Of a DNA stretch of 64,000 nt, positions 29,031 through 39,615 are shown in pieces. This stretch comes from Theionarchaea archaeon (GTDB lineage Archaea; Methanobacteriota_B; Thermococci; Methanofastidiosales; SZ-28-30): NCBI GenBank assembly GCA_018992685.1, contig JACVGT010000003.1, positions 128,001 through 192,000 on the forward strand, in the 5' to 3' direction. The stretch's first letter is position 1; each line of letters starts with the position of its first letter. The notes beneath the pieces were generated by a model. The model was not told where the DNA came from. It saw only the letters and a list, made by a program, of their open reading frames with translations, and searched no databases. Made by a program: the position numbers and the translations under genes.

Positions 29031-30935
29031 ATGATGCTCAAAAAGAGAGTCTGGATTGCCTTTCTTGTAGTGGTTCTCATTCTATCTTTGATTCCTGTCT
29101 ATGGAGACCCTGCTGAACCAAGAAACGACATTAGCACAGCAGATACCAGAGTCTTCGATCTCATAAATAAGCTTGACTGGGGCTACGGCAAGAATGGAGA
29201 ACATCGCCAGAGTCTGCTGATGGCTGGCCATCTCCTCTGGATGGCATATCAAGATGAAAACTGGGATGACAAGGACCCTCAGAAACCCAAGGGACCTCTG
29301 GAAAAGGCCTTCATTCTGGGCGCAATAGATGATGCCTTGGAAGCGTTGAACCGATTCTCAAAAGACAGTCAGGGAAAGCCGCGGCGTCTCGATGCTGATG
29401 ATGGTGTAAACACCGCGTTCCACCAGTGGGTGGCTGAAATCATTGAAAGGCTGGAAAGCGCCAAGAAAGAACTGGAAAAAAACTTCTATGGGACTCCTCA
29501 GCACCTGAAGGATGCTCTCAAGGGACTTGTGGACATCTGGTCAGGGAAATCAGAAGCTTCCAGCAGTGCAAAGAAGGCAGGCGAGGACGCGCAGGAAAAC
29601 CTCTGTCAGTGGGATGCAAACCCACAGCCCTCACCTGGAACTACTCCCACTCCTCCGTGGACACCGCCCAAAAAAGACGGAAAGCCGGTGCCAACTAGGG
29701 TAGGTGGAGATGAGGTACCGGTACCAAAACGCAGGCTGCACCTGGATCTTCAGAAACTTCTCATTGAGATCTTCAAGAAGAACGAGAGGAATATCAGGAA
29801 CCTCCCCAAGTGGCTCGAACGAAATCCGACTAACATGAAAGACCATGCTGGCACTGTAGCAGATGAAGCCCTCAAGCTGCTGAAGATTCTCAGGGCAATT
29901 GCCCGATTATTGGATGTCCCCTTGAAACCCATCGCATTGTACAAGAATGTTTACGTGTACACAGACCCTCAAGGAGGATGGGGTCGGTTTCCAGGAGGGA
30001 CGCCCGTGTCAACAGGATCGGCTGGCGCAGATATTGAGACAGTCATTGTGGATTCAAGAGGACCGGATTTATCTGTGTACTTTGCAATGAACGGGACTGT
30101 AGAGGAAAAAGACGGAAAGGAAATCAGTTTGCTCATTGATCGAGATTCTGATTCCAGTACTGGCTCTAGTGAAGCCATCTATGGCGGACTGGGGATAGAC
30201 ACATCCGTGGGATTGTACTGTTCAGCCTCCTCTCCTGCTCAGTGGAACCTGCAAGTGTGGGAGATAACAAACGGGGAATGGGTCATGATTGAGGAACTGG
30301 ATTCCTCTCTGTGGGACATATCAGACAATGTGGTGGAGTTCACTGTACCTGATTTTGAGGAAATGCTGGGAATCGAGACGCACTTTTTCAGCTGGATAGC
30401 AATGGCCTATGAGGACGGTAATGTAGATATGGGCCCGGATGAACCAGTTATATCCTTTTCTCAGGTGTTGCCTGAAGCTTTCAGCGTGCTGGCTCAGGGA
30501 GCAGACTATGATCTCAATCAGGATTTCGCCAGGTACTTCTCTGAGTATACTACAGATACTGATGCTGTATTCAAGGTTCACCTGGGAGGTTCTGCCATAC
30601 ACGAAGGGTTGTGGAGGAAGTACGGTGCCTTCTTCATGAAGGACGAGGGAGGACATTATTCCAGAATAGTCTACGAAGAGGAGGAGTACCAAGGTGCATG
30701 GGGAGAGGTAGACTACTGCATTCTGGTCTTTGAGGTGACCCGAGAGGGCATAGCAGTGAACGTTGCAGGTATTACCCGTTATGGAACGAGGGGTGGACTG
30801 CAGTGGTTAATGGAACACTGGGACGTTGTGACGCCATCTGAGGAGGCCCCGTTGGTGTTGATCTTGGAGTGGGCTGACGAAAACCACAATGGGTCAGTAG
30901 ATTCTGAGGAAACAGTGGAGATCAAAGTGATCTAA
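29031..30935 (+). CDS. Secreted multidomain protein with S-layer-like C-terminus
   Basis: Signal peptide, helical N-domain, PT linker, 'TDP.G...DI' beta domain, 'LGG...AGITRYGTR' tail. Confidence 0.7.
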   Translation: MMLKKRVWIAFLVVVLILSLIPVYGDPAEPRNDISTADTRVFDLINKLDWGYGKNGEHRQSLLMAGHLLWMAYQDENWDDKDPQKPKGPLEKAFILGAIDDALEALNRFSKDSQGKPRRLDADDGVNTAFHQWVAEIIERLESAKKELEKNFYGTPQHLKDALKGLVDIWSGKSEASSSAKKAGEDAQENLCQWDANPQPSPGTTPTPPWTPPKKDGKPVPTRVGGDEVPVPKRRLHLDLQKLLIEIFKKNERNIRNLPKWLERNPTNMKDHAGTVADEALKLLKILRAIARLLDVPLKPIALYKNVYVYTDPQGGWGRFPGGTPVSTGSAGADIETVIVDSRGPDLSVYFAMNGTVEEKDGKEISLLIDRDSDSSTGSSEAIYGGLGIDTSVGLYCSASSPAQWNLQVWEITNGEWVMIEELDSSLWDISDNVVEFTVPDFEEMLGIETHFFSWIAMAYEDGNVDMGPDEPVISFSQVLPEAFSVLAQGADYDLNQDFARYFSEYTTDTDAVFKVHLGGSAIHEGLWRKYGAFFMKDEGGHYSRIVYEEEEYQGAWGEVDYCILVFEVTREGIAVNVAGITRYGTRGGLQWLMEHWDVVTPSEEAPLVLILEWADENHNGSVDSEETVEIKVI

Positions 30936-31076
30936 CCTGGCGATGTACAGTGGAATGGGAGGAGACCTGCACCACCAAAGGTGAACAGAAAGTATGGAGT
31001 GTTCTGTTTCATCCCCCCCTTGTGGAAATCCTTAAAACATACAGGCCACCAGGAGTTATCAAGAGATGAAGATCCA

Positions 31077-32054
31077 ATGCAATCTGTCATTGAAACTCAA
31101 TCCCTGACCAAAATCTTCAACCAGAAGACCATAGCAGTTAATGATCTCTATTTAACAGTTCCTGAGAACTCAATCTACGGATTTCTAGGGCCAAATGGGG
31201 CCGGAAAGACCACCACGATCAAGCTGATGCTGGGATTGATTCGTCCATCTGCGGGATCCGTCCGCATGTTTGGTGCCCCAGTGAGAATGGATTCTTCAGA
31301 TGTGAGACGGAGAATTGGCTATTTGCCCACACAGCCCGGGTTCCCTGATGCCATGACTCCCATAACCTATCTGGACTTCATTGGCAAAGTGTTCGGCATT
31401 CCCAGACAGGTTCGGATACCACGGATCACGGAATTGATTCGGAGCGTTGATCTGCTGCCTCTGTCTTCTTCAGAAATCAAGAGGTTCTCCACCGGTGAGA
31501 TTACTCGAATCGCAATGGCTGCATGCTTGATAAACGATCCAGAACTCCTCATACTGGATGAACCAACGCTGGGACTGGATCCTATAGGGCGGGCATCCAC
31601 GGTCAAACTCATCACAGAGCTGGGAAACAGGGAAGGAAAGACCGTCTTTGTTTCTTCTCACATTCTGGCTGACATCGAACGGTTCTGTACCCATGTTGGC
31701 ATCATAAACAGTGGCAAGCTCATATTCAACGGGACTGTTACTGAAGTGAAGAAACTCATCAGAACCAATACGGTGGAATTACAGGTTGAAGGCAAAACAG
31801 AGTCATTTCTTTCAGAATTGGAAGCGATTCCTCATATTACGAATGTACAATCACTCAGGCACGCCATAAGGATTAGCATTGATCCTCAGTACCACTCTGA
31901 GACACTGTTGGACATTTTCAAGATCTTGATTGAGAGGAACCTCGAGTTGGTCTCCCTCAATTTGGGATCCGAAACTCTTGAAGAAGCATTTCTGGATTTG
32001 CTGGAGGAGGAGAAGTCACATGGATTTTTACGAGCAATCTCAAGAAGGGCGTAG
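31077..32054 (+). CDS. ABC-2 type transporter ATP-binding protein
   Basis: GPNGAGKTT, FSTG, LILDEPT, SSH. Confidence 0.92.
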   Translation: MQSVIETQSLTKIFNQKTIAVNDLYLTVPENSIYGFLGPNGAGKTTTIKLMLGLIRPSAGSVRMFGAPVRMDSSDVRRRIGYLPTQPGFPDAMTPITYLDFIGKVFGIPRQVRIPRITELIRSVDLLPLSSSEIKRFSTGEITRIAMAACLINDPELLILDEPTLGLDPIGRASTVKLITELGNREGKTVFVSSHILADIERFCTHVGIINSGKLIFNGTVTEVKKLIRTNTVELQVEGKTESFLSELEAIPHITNVQSLRHAIRISIDPQYHSETLLDIFKILIERNLELVSLNLGSETLEEAFLDLLEEEKSHGFLRAISRRA

Positions 32055-32778
32055 TATTCGACATCATCTGGAGCGAAATGTCTTTCTGGTCTTATTCAAT
32101 CATGAGATACGATCAGGATTCAGGAATCCTCTACAGAGGGGATGGATTGCTGCGATCCTCTTTCTTGGATCACTTCTTACTCTTGGTAGCAAGAACCTGG
32201 AGGCCATCAGTGCGCTACTGGTTCTGTTCATCTTTTTCGGGAGTATTGTCACACTTGTACTTTCCTCATTTTCTATATCAGGGGAGATAAATAGAATTGC
32301 AGACTCTCTGTTAAGCAAATCAGTGAAGCGCTGGGAATATGTACTCTCCAAGACGGTATCACAGGCTGTGATTGTAGCAGTGGTATACCTGCTGGGAGTC
32401 TTGCTGCAGGTAGGAATCCTGTGGAGACTTAATTTCCTCCCAGAACTCTTGGATTATGGGAACCTATTCTTCTTCATTATGCTTGTGGGACTTGTTCTGA
32501 TATTCTTTTCTTCTGCTGGCGTGATGTTTTCTTCCTTGTTTTCGAGAACAGTGCTCTCACTTCTTTCAGGGTTCATTGTGTGGTTTCTCCTCGTATTTCT
32601 CTTCCTGGCCACGGGGTGGAACTTCATGTACTCACCAGTGGAGATTTTTGAGCATTTTCTGCCCATCCTGGAGGGTTCGTGGGATGTTGAATTCTGGAAG
32701 ATAATCCTCTTCTATGCGGGTTCTTCGTGTGTGTTCTCCCTTGTTTCGTTATTGTGGTTCTACCAGAGGGATCTGTGA
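32020..32778 (+). CDS. ABC-2 type transporter permease
   Basis: About 6 TMs, ISGE...LLSK...EY..SK motif; overlaps the ATPase gene. Confidence 0.85.
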   Translation: MDFYEQSQEGRSIRHHLERNVFLVLFNHEIRSGFRNPLQRGWIAAILFLGSLLTLGSKNLEAISALLVLFIFFGSIVTLVLSSFSISGEINRIADSLLSKSVKRWEYVLSKTVSQAVIVAVVYLLGVLLQVGILWRLNFLPELLDYGNLFFFIMLVGLVLIFFSSAGVMFSSLFSRTVLSLLSGFIVWFLLVFLFLATGWNFMYSPVEIFEHFLPILEGSWDVEFWKIILFYAGSSCVFSLVSLLWFYQRDL

Positions 32779-33062
32779 AACCGTGGATTCTGAACATTGT
32801 GGGTGATACACTGAGCATGAAGGATGCAGCTCCCCAGAAATTGACAGAGTGTGGTGATACACACAAGGAATGGTGAAGAGCAGCGATTGGCGGGCAGCCC
32901 CTCCCTCATCGGGTAGGAAGACGAGTGGGTCCCAGCCTGATCTTGAAAGAATTCCTCGGCTCTGCTCTGAAAGAAAAGTATGTTACGATTCAGAAGCAGC
33001 GAGCCTACTAGAAGAGAAAGCAGAAGATAAGTAGTTGTTCTCTGTTCATTTCAGGCTCAAAT

Positions 33063-33878
33063 TCATCCATGAGCCAGTTCTTTTGTGCCAACAAAGATTC
33101 CATATCCAAAATAGTCAAACACGTTCAATGGTATTTTCGTTGCCTCTATTGTCATCTCTTTGATTACTTTTCTGTAGACAGGGTCTGTGAAGAACAGCGA
33201 GACGAGTCTCCCCCATGGTTTGATTACGTCTTTGAGACTTACCATCTTGAGTTCATTGCTGAACTGGGAGAGATATGCAGTCTTGCGGGGACTCGCTACA
33301 ACGACATGTAGTCCGGCTCCTTCTAACAGTGTTTCCCAACCGTCAGGTGACTCTGGCTCAACTCCCATTATTCTGGAGAAGGACTTCACAAGACTATCAG
33401 GGGGTGGAGTTATCCAGGTAGTCTCATTGATCCCAACAAATCCTCCTGTTTTGACCACACGTCCATACTCACTCATTGCTCTTTCCTTGTCAGGGACAAA
33501 TGCGGTGACAGACTCACTCACAACAGCATCGAACTGATTATCTTCAAAAGGGAGATTCATAGCATCTGCCACCTGGACCTCAACCGCCTCTTCAACACCT
33601 TCCTCTTGTGCTCTTTCCCTCGAACGAATTACCATCTCTTCTCGAATATCCACTGCTGCAACGGTACAACCATAGGTCTTTGCCATGAAACATGCTGCAC
33701 TTCCTACGCCGCATCCAACGTCCAGCACATACGAATCTCTTCCAACATGGCATGATTCAGCCAGATCCTGCGTGGCTTCCAATCCACCCATGTGGTTTGT
33801 AATTCCCAGTAAGGATTGCAGCTCAAAATATGATTTCTTCAGATCTACCTGCTGGCTAAAACCCTTCGTTTTCATCAC
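33063..33878 (-). CDS. Class I SAM-dependent methyltransferase
   Basis: HMGG, VLDVGCGVG, LPFEDNQFDAV. Confidence 0.9.
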   Translation of the reverse strand: MMKTKGFSQQVDLKKSYFELQSLLGITNHMGGLEATQDLAESCHVGRDSYVLDVGCGVGSAACFMAKTYGCTVAAVDIREEMVIRSRERAQEEGVEEAVEVQVADAMNLPFEDNQFDAVVSESVTAFVPDKERAMSEYGRVVKTGGFVGINETTWITPPPDSLVKSFSRIMGVEPESPDGWETLLEGAGLHVVVASPRKTAYLSQFSNELKMVSLKDVIKPWGRLVSLFFTDPVYRKVIKEMTIEATKIPLNVFDYFGYGIFVGTKELAHG

Positions 33879-33945
33879 CTTCTGTATGAGGTTTTAGCAT
33901 TTAAATCTTTGTTTGAAGAACACATGAATATGTATTCACATATTT

Positions 33946-33965
33946 CTGACCTGACCTGACCTGAC
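33946..33965 (+). repeat. (CTGAC)4 microsatellite
   Basis: ctgacctgacctgacctgac in the intergenic region upstream of the methyltransferase. Confidence 0.7.
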
Positions 33966-34288
33966 TGTCTCCCGTTCTCTATGACTCTGGAACGTGCAGG
34001 AACGATGATGTTCACTTCCACGACGTGAAATGTAGCTCCATTCAAAGTCTCTTGGAACCGCATGTCAGGTTTGCACTATTTCGTGCAAACCCAGCGTATT
34101 TATCTCTGTACATCATGCTTCTTGTGGAAAGTGAAATGCCTTTCGGCGCAGGGAACAAGGTCTTTCACCGCTTTTCCTCCTTTTCCTTTTTTTTGGGCTG
34201 TCTTCAATCTAGCCGGCATCTGCCTCTCCAGGTGAACCTTCTTATCAGACATCAAAACAGTTATATATACACGTGTAAAGGGTGATAT

Positions 34289-34765
34289 ATGTTAAAGAAG
34301 AAAGGAGTCAAGATTACGGAGAGACAATACGAATTGGTGAAGATGTTTGAGAAACAGGGTTCAGTCCACAAAGTATGCACAGTTACCACCAGCCAGGCAG
34401 ATCTCTCCAAGAAACTGGGCATTACCAGGCAGGCATTACATACACATCTCAAGAGTCTGAAAGATGAAGGCCTCATCAGAACAGGGAGAGGATTCATCGA
34501 TCTCACAGAAAAAGCTCTGGAATTTCTGGAAACCAGAACAGGTGAAGCCTACATCGTCATCAGAACAGACCCTCAGAGAAGAAGAGAAGTTCTCAACAAT
34601 GTGTCCCAACTGGAATTTCACAAATTATGCAGGACCACGGGGGATGCAGATATCATTATTACAGTAGAAAGAAAGAATTTGGACAACGCTATAGAAGAAA
34701 TTCAGAAAATGGAAGGAATAAGAGAAGCTACCACCCATATCCTTTTGGAATGCAGATGGGAGTAA
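34289..34765 (+). CDS. Lrp/AsnC family transcription regulator
   Basis: HTH SQADLSKKLGITRQAL, RTGRGFI, C-terminal RAM domain TTGDADI. Confidence 0.85.
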   Translation: MLKKKGVKITERQYELVKMFEKQGSVHKVCTVTTSQADLSKKLGITRQALHTHLKSLKDEGLIRTGRGFIDLTEKALEFLETRTGEAYIVIRTDPQRRREVLNNVSQLEFHKLCRTTGDADIIITVERKNLDNAIEEIQKMEGIREATTHILLECRWE

Positions 34766-34795
34766 CTCACGGTGCCTTCAGACCTCTGCGTGTCG

Positions 34796-35389
34796 TCAGG
34801 ATTTCTTGAGCAATTCCCGTATTCTCTTTCCCATACTCTCACAGGTTTGAACGGCCAGAGGATCTTTCTTCACAAACCGCCATCCATCATCTTTCTGCAG
34901 GCTACCAGCTACAAAGAACCCTTCTGAGACGGGATCTTCACAGGTGCCAAATACCAGCATCCCGTGCCCGAGAGCAAAGTTTACGAGACTGGAAGCCACC
35001 ATTTCCTGACCACCATTTCTCAGTCCCGCGTGGGTAATAACTGCACAGTATTTGTTCTTGAGTCTTGTACTCTGCATTTTCATTGTTCTGGACCGGTCAA
35101 TGAAGGTCTTCATCACGGCGGGAACTTGTCCAAAGTAGGAGGGTGCACCCAATATGATGCAGTCCGCCTCAAGCAACGCATGTTCAATTCTGGTCATGTC
35201 ATCCTCTTTGGGGCATCTGCGTTCTCTCACACAGAGATCGCAACCATCACAGTTCTGTATCGTGTACTCTGATAGATAGATAATGTCAGTTTCAATGGAG
35301 GGGTCTTCCACTGCTGAGAGGACCTCCTCTACCAAGAAGGATGTATTCCCTTTCTTTCTGGGACTTCCCACGACACCAACTACTTTCAT
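34796..35389 (-). CDS. Iron-sulfur flavoprotein (flavodoxin family)
   Basis: GSPRKKGNT, CDGCDLC.....C, P.YFG, RNGGQE. Confidence 0.9.
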   Translation of the reverse strand: MKVVGVVGSPRKKGNTSFLVEEVLSAVEDPSIETDIIYLSEYTIQNCDGCDLCVRERRCPKEDDMTRIEHALLEADCIILGAPSYFGQVPAVMKTFIDRSRTMKMQSTRLKNKYCAVITHAGLRNGGQEMVASSLVNFALGHGMLVFGTCEDPVSEGFFVAGSLQKDDGWRFVKKDPLAVQTCESMGKRIRELLKKS

Positions 35390-35579
35390 GCAGTATGTGT
35401 TCTTCTAATTCTTTTAAATGTGTCGTGTTGCACCTGCAACACTGATGAAAAGAGTCATCGGAGCCCGCCGGGCAGAACAACAAAACACTCTTGGAACCAG
35501 GGTCGGCACATATCTCTCGGGCTCCTATCTCATCTTATCTTTAGAAACATTTATATGAGGAGACTGCATAGGAGGCCCA

Positions 35580-35828
35580 ATGAAAATGTGCTGGGAACTC
35601 AATGAGGGCTGCGTGTGCAAATGGATGCACCCCTCGGAAGCACCTTGTCCAGCGTTCAGGGATCGAAAAGGATGCTGGGAAATCGATTGGATTGGTATTA
35701 TTTCCAACCTGCCCCCCGATAAAAGAGAATACTGGAAGAAATTTATGAAGAAGTGTGCAGGCTGTCCCGTCTATCAAGAACACAAGGAAGAGAAGGACCA
35801 GACATTAGAGAAGGTTGAGTCATTATAG
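35580..35828 (+). CDS. Small Cys-rich 'two-CW'-like protein
   Basis: CWE...CPA...CWE...CAGCPVY; SD AGGAGG and TATA upstream. Confidence 0.7.
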   Translation: MKMCWELNEGCVCKWMHPSEAPCPAFRDRKGCWEIDWIGIISNLPPDKREYWKKFMKKCAGCPVYQEHKEEKDQTLEKVESL

Positions 35829-36015
35829 CAGGCGATGCTGCGGCGAGCGGGGAGAGAATTTTGGAATCGTCTAAAATAGAGGTAGCGAATTCTTCATGAA
35901 AATCGAGGATTGAGTTTTTCATGACTTCCTGGTTTTCTGATCTGCCCACATGTATTAGAGGGACATTCTCATCTGCGACTCTTTCACGTTAATTCTCCGG
36001 CAGATCTCCTCAGAA

Positions 36016-37608
36016 CTACAACATCCCCTTCATGGCCAATTCCTGCCGCAGGTATTTGAACGGCAAACTTCCTGCCCGGAGCAGAACGTCATGAAATGCT
36101 TGTTCCGAATAGGCCTTTCCCAGGTGGTTCTTAACGTCTTCTCGCAGTTCCAAAAGCATGTGCTTACCCAGAAGGTAGCTCAGGGGATAACCTGGGGTCT
36201 GCGTGTATCGCTTGACTTCTGCTTTCGCTGTGCTCAGTGACATTCCTGTCTCTCTCCGTAAGAAGGTCAGGGCCTGATCAAAGGTCATTGTCCTGCAGTG
36301 AAGACTCACATCTATGACAATCCTCACAGCCCGAAAGATAATGTCAACCGTCTGGACGAATTGGATTCTTGGGTCCCCAAGCCCATGATATCGCATGATT
36401 TCTTCGCAGTAGTGGGCCCATCCTTCAATAAATTCAGGTGCAGTGCTGAGCTGTCGTACAAGAGAAGAATTCCGACTGGCCCAGACGGCCTGCAAATGGT
36501 GTCCAGGATAGGCCTCATGGACAGACGTATTCACGATGGAGGACTTATCATGTTCGGTGAGAAGGTGATCATCCACAGGAGTGACGAAGTAGATTCCCAT
36601 TTGATCATCTTCGAAGGGTGCGGGGGGGAAATAAGCCGCTGTGGGGACTATGTGTCGCAAAAAGACGGGAGTTTCTTCCACAACAAGGCGTTCTCCCCGG
36701 GGTAAGGAGGCTATCTGTTCACTGGTTACCAGGTCACGTACTTTCTCGATGGCTTCACCATACTGTCTGAATGCATCCTGGAAGGTGGAAGGATGGTCAT
36801 CTCGTATCTGAGTCCTCACCTGCTCAACTGACAGCTGGGGGTCGATCCTGGAAGCCAGTATCTTGAGGTGCTCTTTTTCTTTCAAGAGGTACTCCTCCCC
36901 GAGATGAAGGATTTCATCTGCAGCCATTCCCAGCTCTCTGACCTCGAGCAACCTTTCAAAGAGAGGCCTTCCGAGAGTGGGTTCTCCTTCACAGAGTAGT
37001 TCAGACAGCCATTCCACATAGGAAGATAGAGCCTCAGCTGTCCTCGCAGAAGCTTCATCCAGATCGTCGGTCTCCACACCCTTTTGTTTCGCAGTGGAAG
37101 AGATGACCTGAAAGAAGAGAGGAAGAACAGTACACGATTCAACAGCCATGTCCCGCCATAATGCAGCAGGTGCAGAAATTCGACTCTTGATCTCCCTAAT
37201 GAATAAGGGACACTGCTGTAACCGGGCAGTGATAGACTCCAGCCGAGTTTCAAAAGGCGCGAATTCCCGGGAAAACAAGGGCACGATAGCATAACCGATG
37301 ATTGATGCACAATCAGGATCCCTTTCCCACATGCGAATTTCCTGCTCCTGGAAGAGATATTCTCTGGTAATTGAAATCATCAGGTCATAGTCAATCTGTT
37401 TCTCCCGTGACAGGTCTTTTCTGTCTATCACCTGCATTCTCTCGAGGTGTTCCGAGACTCCTTCAATGAAGACGGAATGAGATTCTCTGGTTCCAGAAGG
37501 CATTTTCTTATCATACTGATGCAGTCCAAATCCAGTGGCAAGGTCAGGCCTGAATTCCATAAGAGAGTAGAAGGCGTCACGTACGGCGCTATCGAATTCA
37601 TCATCCAT
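36016..37608 (-). CDS. DUF885 family putative metallopeptidase
   Basis: HEAYPGHHLQ, EGWAHYCE, R.VID..LH, EVKRY, PG..LSY..G. Confidence 0.9.
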   Translation of the reverse strand: MDDEFDSAVRDAFYSLMEFRPDLATGFGLHQYDKKMPSGTRESHSVFIEGVSEHLERMQVIDRKDLSREKQIDYDLMISITREYLFQEQEIRMWERDPDCASIIGYAIVPLFSREFAPFETRLESITARLQQCPLFIREIKSRISAPAALWRDMAVESCTVLPLFFQVISSTAKQKGVETDDLDEASARTAEALSSYVEWLSELLCEGEPTLGRPLFERLLEVRELGMAADEILHLGEEYLLKEKEHLKILASRIDPQLSVEQVRTQIRDDHPSTFQDAFRQYGEAIEKVRDLVTSEQIASLPRGERLVVEETPVFLRHIVPTAAYFPPAPFEDDQMGIYFVTPVDDHLLTEHDKSSIVNTSVHEAYPGHHLQAVWASRNSSLVRQLSTAPEFIEGWAHYCEEIMRYHGLGDPRIQFVQTVDIIFRAVRIVIDVSLHCRTMTFDQALTFLRRETGMSLSTAKAEVKRYTQTPGYPLSYLLGKHMLLELREDVKNHLGKAYSEQAFHDVLLRAGSLPFKYLRQELAMKGML

Positions 37609-37756
37609 AGCTTCCCTGTATTTGACACTATAAAAGTATTTACTTTGGGTTGTTCAGCATTAATTACTGCACAGATCTTGGCATCGTAATGCTTATAAGG
37701 AACAGAGGCGTAGAATGTCAGCAACGCGTTCTTTGTCTCGTAAAGGAGGAATTGTG

Positions 37757-38113
37757 ATGAAACATACCATATGTCACATTGAATGGTCTTCAACAGATCT
37801 TGAGAGAACAAAAAAGTTTCTTTCTGGGCTTTTCGAATGGGAATTCGAATATTGGGGAGAGAACTACTTGCTATTCAGCCCACCTGAGGGTGTGGGGGGA
37901 GGAATAGCACAAGTGGAGAACGTCAATCCGGGTGATTCTCCTCTGATTCATGTTGAAGTGGATGAGATCGAGCCATACCTAGAAAAAGCGAAGCAGCTGG
38001 GTGGGTGTGTGGCAGCCCCAAAGACAGAAATTCCTACGGTAGGGTGGTATGCAGTCCTCACCGACCCTGATGGGAATCTGGTAGGTCTCTTCCAAGGGAT
38101 AAAGGAAGAATAA
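37757..38113 (+). CDS. VOC/glyoxalase family protein
   Basis: CHIE, LF.W, GG, DPDGN.VGL; SD GGAGG. Confidence 0.88.
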   Translation: MKHTICHIEWSSTDLERTKKFLSGLFEWEFEYWGENYLLFSPPEGVGGGIAQVENVNPGDSPLIHVEVDEIEPYLEKAKQLGGCVAAPKTEIPTVGWYAVLTDPDGNLVGLFQGIKEE

Positions 38114-38301
38114 TTCCCTTTTTCTATTTTTACGTCCACAAAATGAGGAAGCAGATTGTTATCTGTGGTGTTTCTCTCTCTGTTGCAGCATTGTGAATGG
38201 TTCTGAAGACTGGTGCTAACTATGGAATGGCGTTCTGACGTGAATGGGACTCCAGGTGTGTCATGAACAATGTTTAAAAAGGGTGGACCGCACTCTTTCC
38301 C

Positions 38302-38520
38302 ATGTGCCTTGCAATTCCTGGCAAAGTCGTAGAGATTTCTGGGTCAGAGGGTACGGTAGATTTTGGCGGTGTCAAACAGAAGGTACGAATAGATTTGATA
38401 CTGGATTTGAAGCCGGGTGACTATGTCATAGTTCATACGGGGTTTGCAATCGAGAAGCTGGACGAAAAGGACGCTCTGGAAACTCTGGAATTGTGGAAAG
38501 AACTTGCAGAATACATGTGA
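38302..38520 (+). CDS. hypC: Hydrogenase maturation chaperone HypC
   Basis: MCLAIPG, GDYVIVHTGFAI. Confidence 0.95.
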   Translation: MCLAIPGKVVEISGSEGTVDFGGVKQKVRIDLILDLKPGDYVIVHTGFAIEKLDEKDALETLELWKELAEYM

Positions 38521-38524
38521 TTTT

Positions 38525-39583
38525 ATGGTAGGAATAGGGTCAATGCTTGACGACATACGTGGCATAGCTTCTTCCCTGCCACACACCAAGATCATGCACG
38601 TATGTGGGACCCATGAACAGAGTATCGTCCAGTACGGGCTGCGTTCTTTGCTTCCTGATACGGTGGAGATCATTGCAGGACCCGGATGCCCGGTGTGTAT
38701 TACACCCAAATATGACATAGACACTGCAGTGTTTTTGACCAAGAAAGGGATGGTGGTCACCACGTTTGGGGACATGTACAAGGTTCCGTCCACAGAGTCA
38801 CTGTCCGATGCGAAGTCCAGGGGGGCAGATATTCGAATTGTGTACAGCATCAGCAATGCAGTGGAGATGGCAAGAAGAAATCCAGGAAAAGAGATCGTCC
38901 ATTTTGGGATTGGGTTTGAGACGACAGCACCCACGACAGCACTTGTGGTGAGAGATGCACCGGAGAATTTCTCTGTGCTGTGCTGCCACCGATTGATACC
39001 TCCTGCACTCTTGTTCCTTCTGGGACTGGGTGCTATTGACATTCAGGGGTTCATCAATCCAGGCCATGTTTCTGCAATCATTGGATCGAAACCCTACAGG
39101 GTGATATCTGAAAAATATAGGATTCCTCAGGTGGTGGCAGGGTTTGAGGCTGAGGATCTTGTGAGGGGTATCCTGATGCTATTGAACCAGTTACGAGAGG
39201 GAAAGGCAGAAGTTGAAAACGAATACACCAGGGTTGTAAAAGAAGAGGGGAACGTGGTAGCCCAGAAGGTCATGGAGGAGGTTTTCGAGGTAGTGGATGC
39301 TGATTGGAGAGCATTGCCCAGGATTCCGGGTTCTGGATATGAGTTATCGGAGAAGTATGAGGAGCAGAACGCGCGACGGAAGTTCGAGGATTTGCTGGAG
39401 GATTTTGTCTTTGAGGATAGCGAGCCCAAGGGATGTCGGTGTGGTGAGGTTCTGCGGGGTCTGGTCTATCCTGAGGAATGTCCTCTGTTCAGGAAGGTGT
39501 GCACTCCTGTGAACCCTGTGGGGCCATGCATGGTATCCAGGGAAGGTTCCTGCAGCATCAAATATCGGTATGGTCGGGAATAG
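38525..39583 (+). CDS. hypD: Hydrogenase maturation protein HypD
   Basis: CGTHE, GPGCPVC, GFETT, PGHVS, CMVSREGSC. Confidence 0.95.
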   Translation: MVGIGSMLDDIRGIASSLPHTKIMHVCGTHEQSIVQYGLRSLLPDTVEIIAGPGCPVCITPKYDIDTAVFLTKKGMVVTTFGDMYKVPSTESLSDAKSRGADIRIVYSISNAVEMARRNPGKEIVHFGIGFETTAPTTALVVRDAPENFSVLCCHRLIPPALLFLLGLGAIDIQGFINPGHVSAIIGSKPYRVISEKYRIPQVVAGFEAEDLVRGILMLLNQLREGKAEVENEYTRVVKEEGNVVAQKVMEEVFEVVDADWRALPRIPGSGYELSEKYEEQNARRKFEDLLEDFVFEDSEPKGCRCGEVLRGLVYPEECPLFRKVCTPVNPVGPCMVSREGSCSIKYRYGRE

Positions 39584-39615
39584 GAGAATCAGTTATTGAT
39601 TTGACTGTACTGGGA

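Noticed and set aside
35421-35485. Hammerhead ribozyme (GUC, stem, CUGAUGA)
   Set aside because: Register of stem I and C3 is off by one, and there is no stem II followed by GAAA
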